In this document: positions 19,921 to 20,000 of the stretch, piece after piece
How the letters are laid out: every line of letters begins with the position of its first letter
Position numbering within the stretch: the stretch's first letter is position 1
Assembly (NCBI GenBank): GCA_023231475.1
Contig: JALJEE010000149.1
Location: forward strand, 112,609 to 132,608
Direction of reading: 5' to 3'
Length of the DNA: 20,000 nucleotides
DNA from: Seison nebaliae
Lineage: Eukaryota
The notes under the pieces: generated by a model
Seen by the model: only the letters and a program-made list of their open reading frames with translations
Database searches by the model: none
Told to the model about the DNA's origin: nothing
Position numbers and translations under genes: made by a program

Positions 19921-20000
19921 GTTTTGTACGTACAATGGTCCATCGAAAAACAGAAATTTGATAAGGAATGACGTATATATGTTTACAATCAGAATAGATA

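Noticed and set aside
1..20000. tRNA (including tRNA-Sec), rRNA or snRNA genes
   Set aside because: No cloverleaf, T-loop motif in context or recognisable snRNA/rRNA sequence seen by eye; a covariance-model scan would be needed to exclude them.

Overview
AT-rich, gene-dense eukaryotic DNA. The gene content (PHM, fukutin, fibrinogen domain) points to a metazoan invertebrate; the species cannot be named from the sequence. Manual splicing gives ten protein-coding genes: RABL3 (partial), ENTPD5/6-like apyrase, fukutin, a short RIF1-like protein, an uncharacterised ~919-aa protein, SepSecS, VKOR, monofunctional PHM, a 127-aa secreted prepropeptide missed by the ORF track, and a Thr-rich fibrinogen-related protein. 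Main observations: (1) all 34 introns I could place start GTT with little conservation beyond +3, and 33 of them are 40-58 nt; (2) the SepSecS start codon lies only 23 nt after the VKOR UGA stop, and the only long intron (234 nt, containing AATAAA) follows, suggesting a bicistronic or alternatively polyadenylated VKOR-SepSecS unit; (3) one PHM intron keeps frame only with a non-AG (TG) acceptor. Gene names come from remembered family motifs, not database searches.
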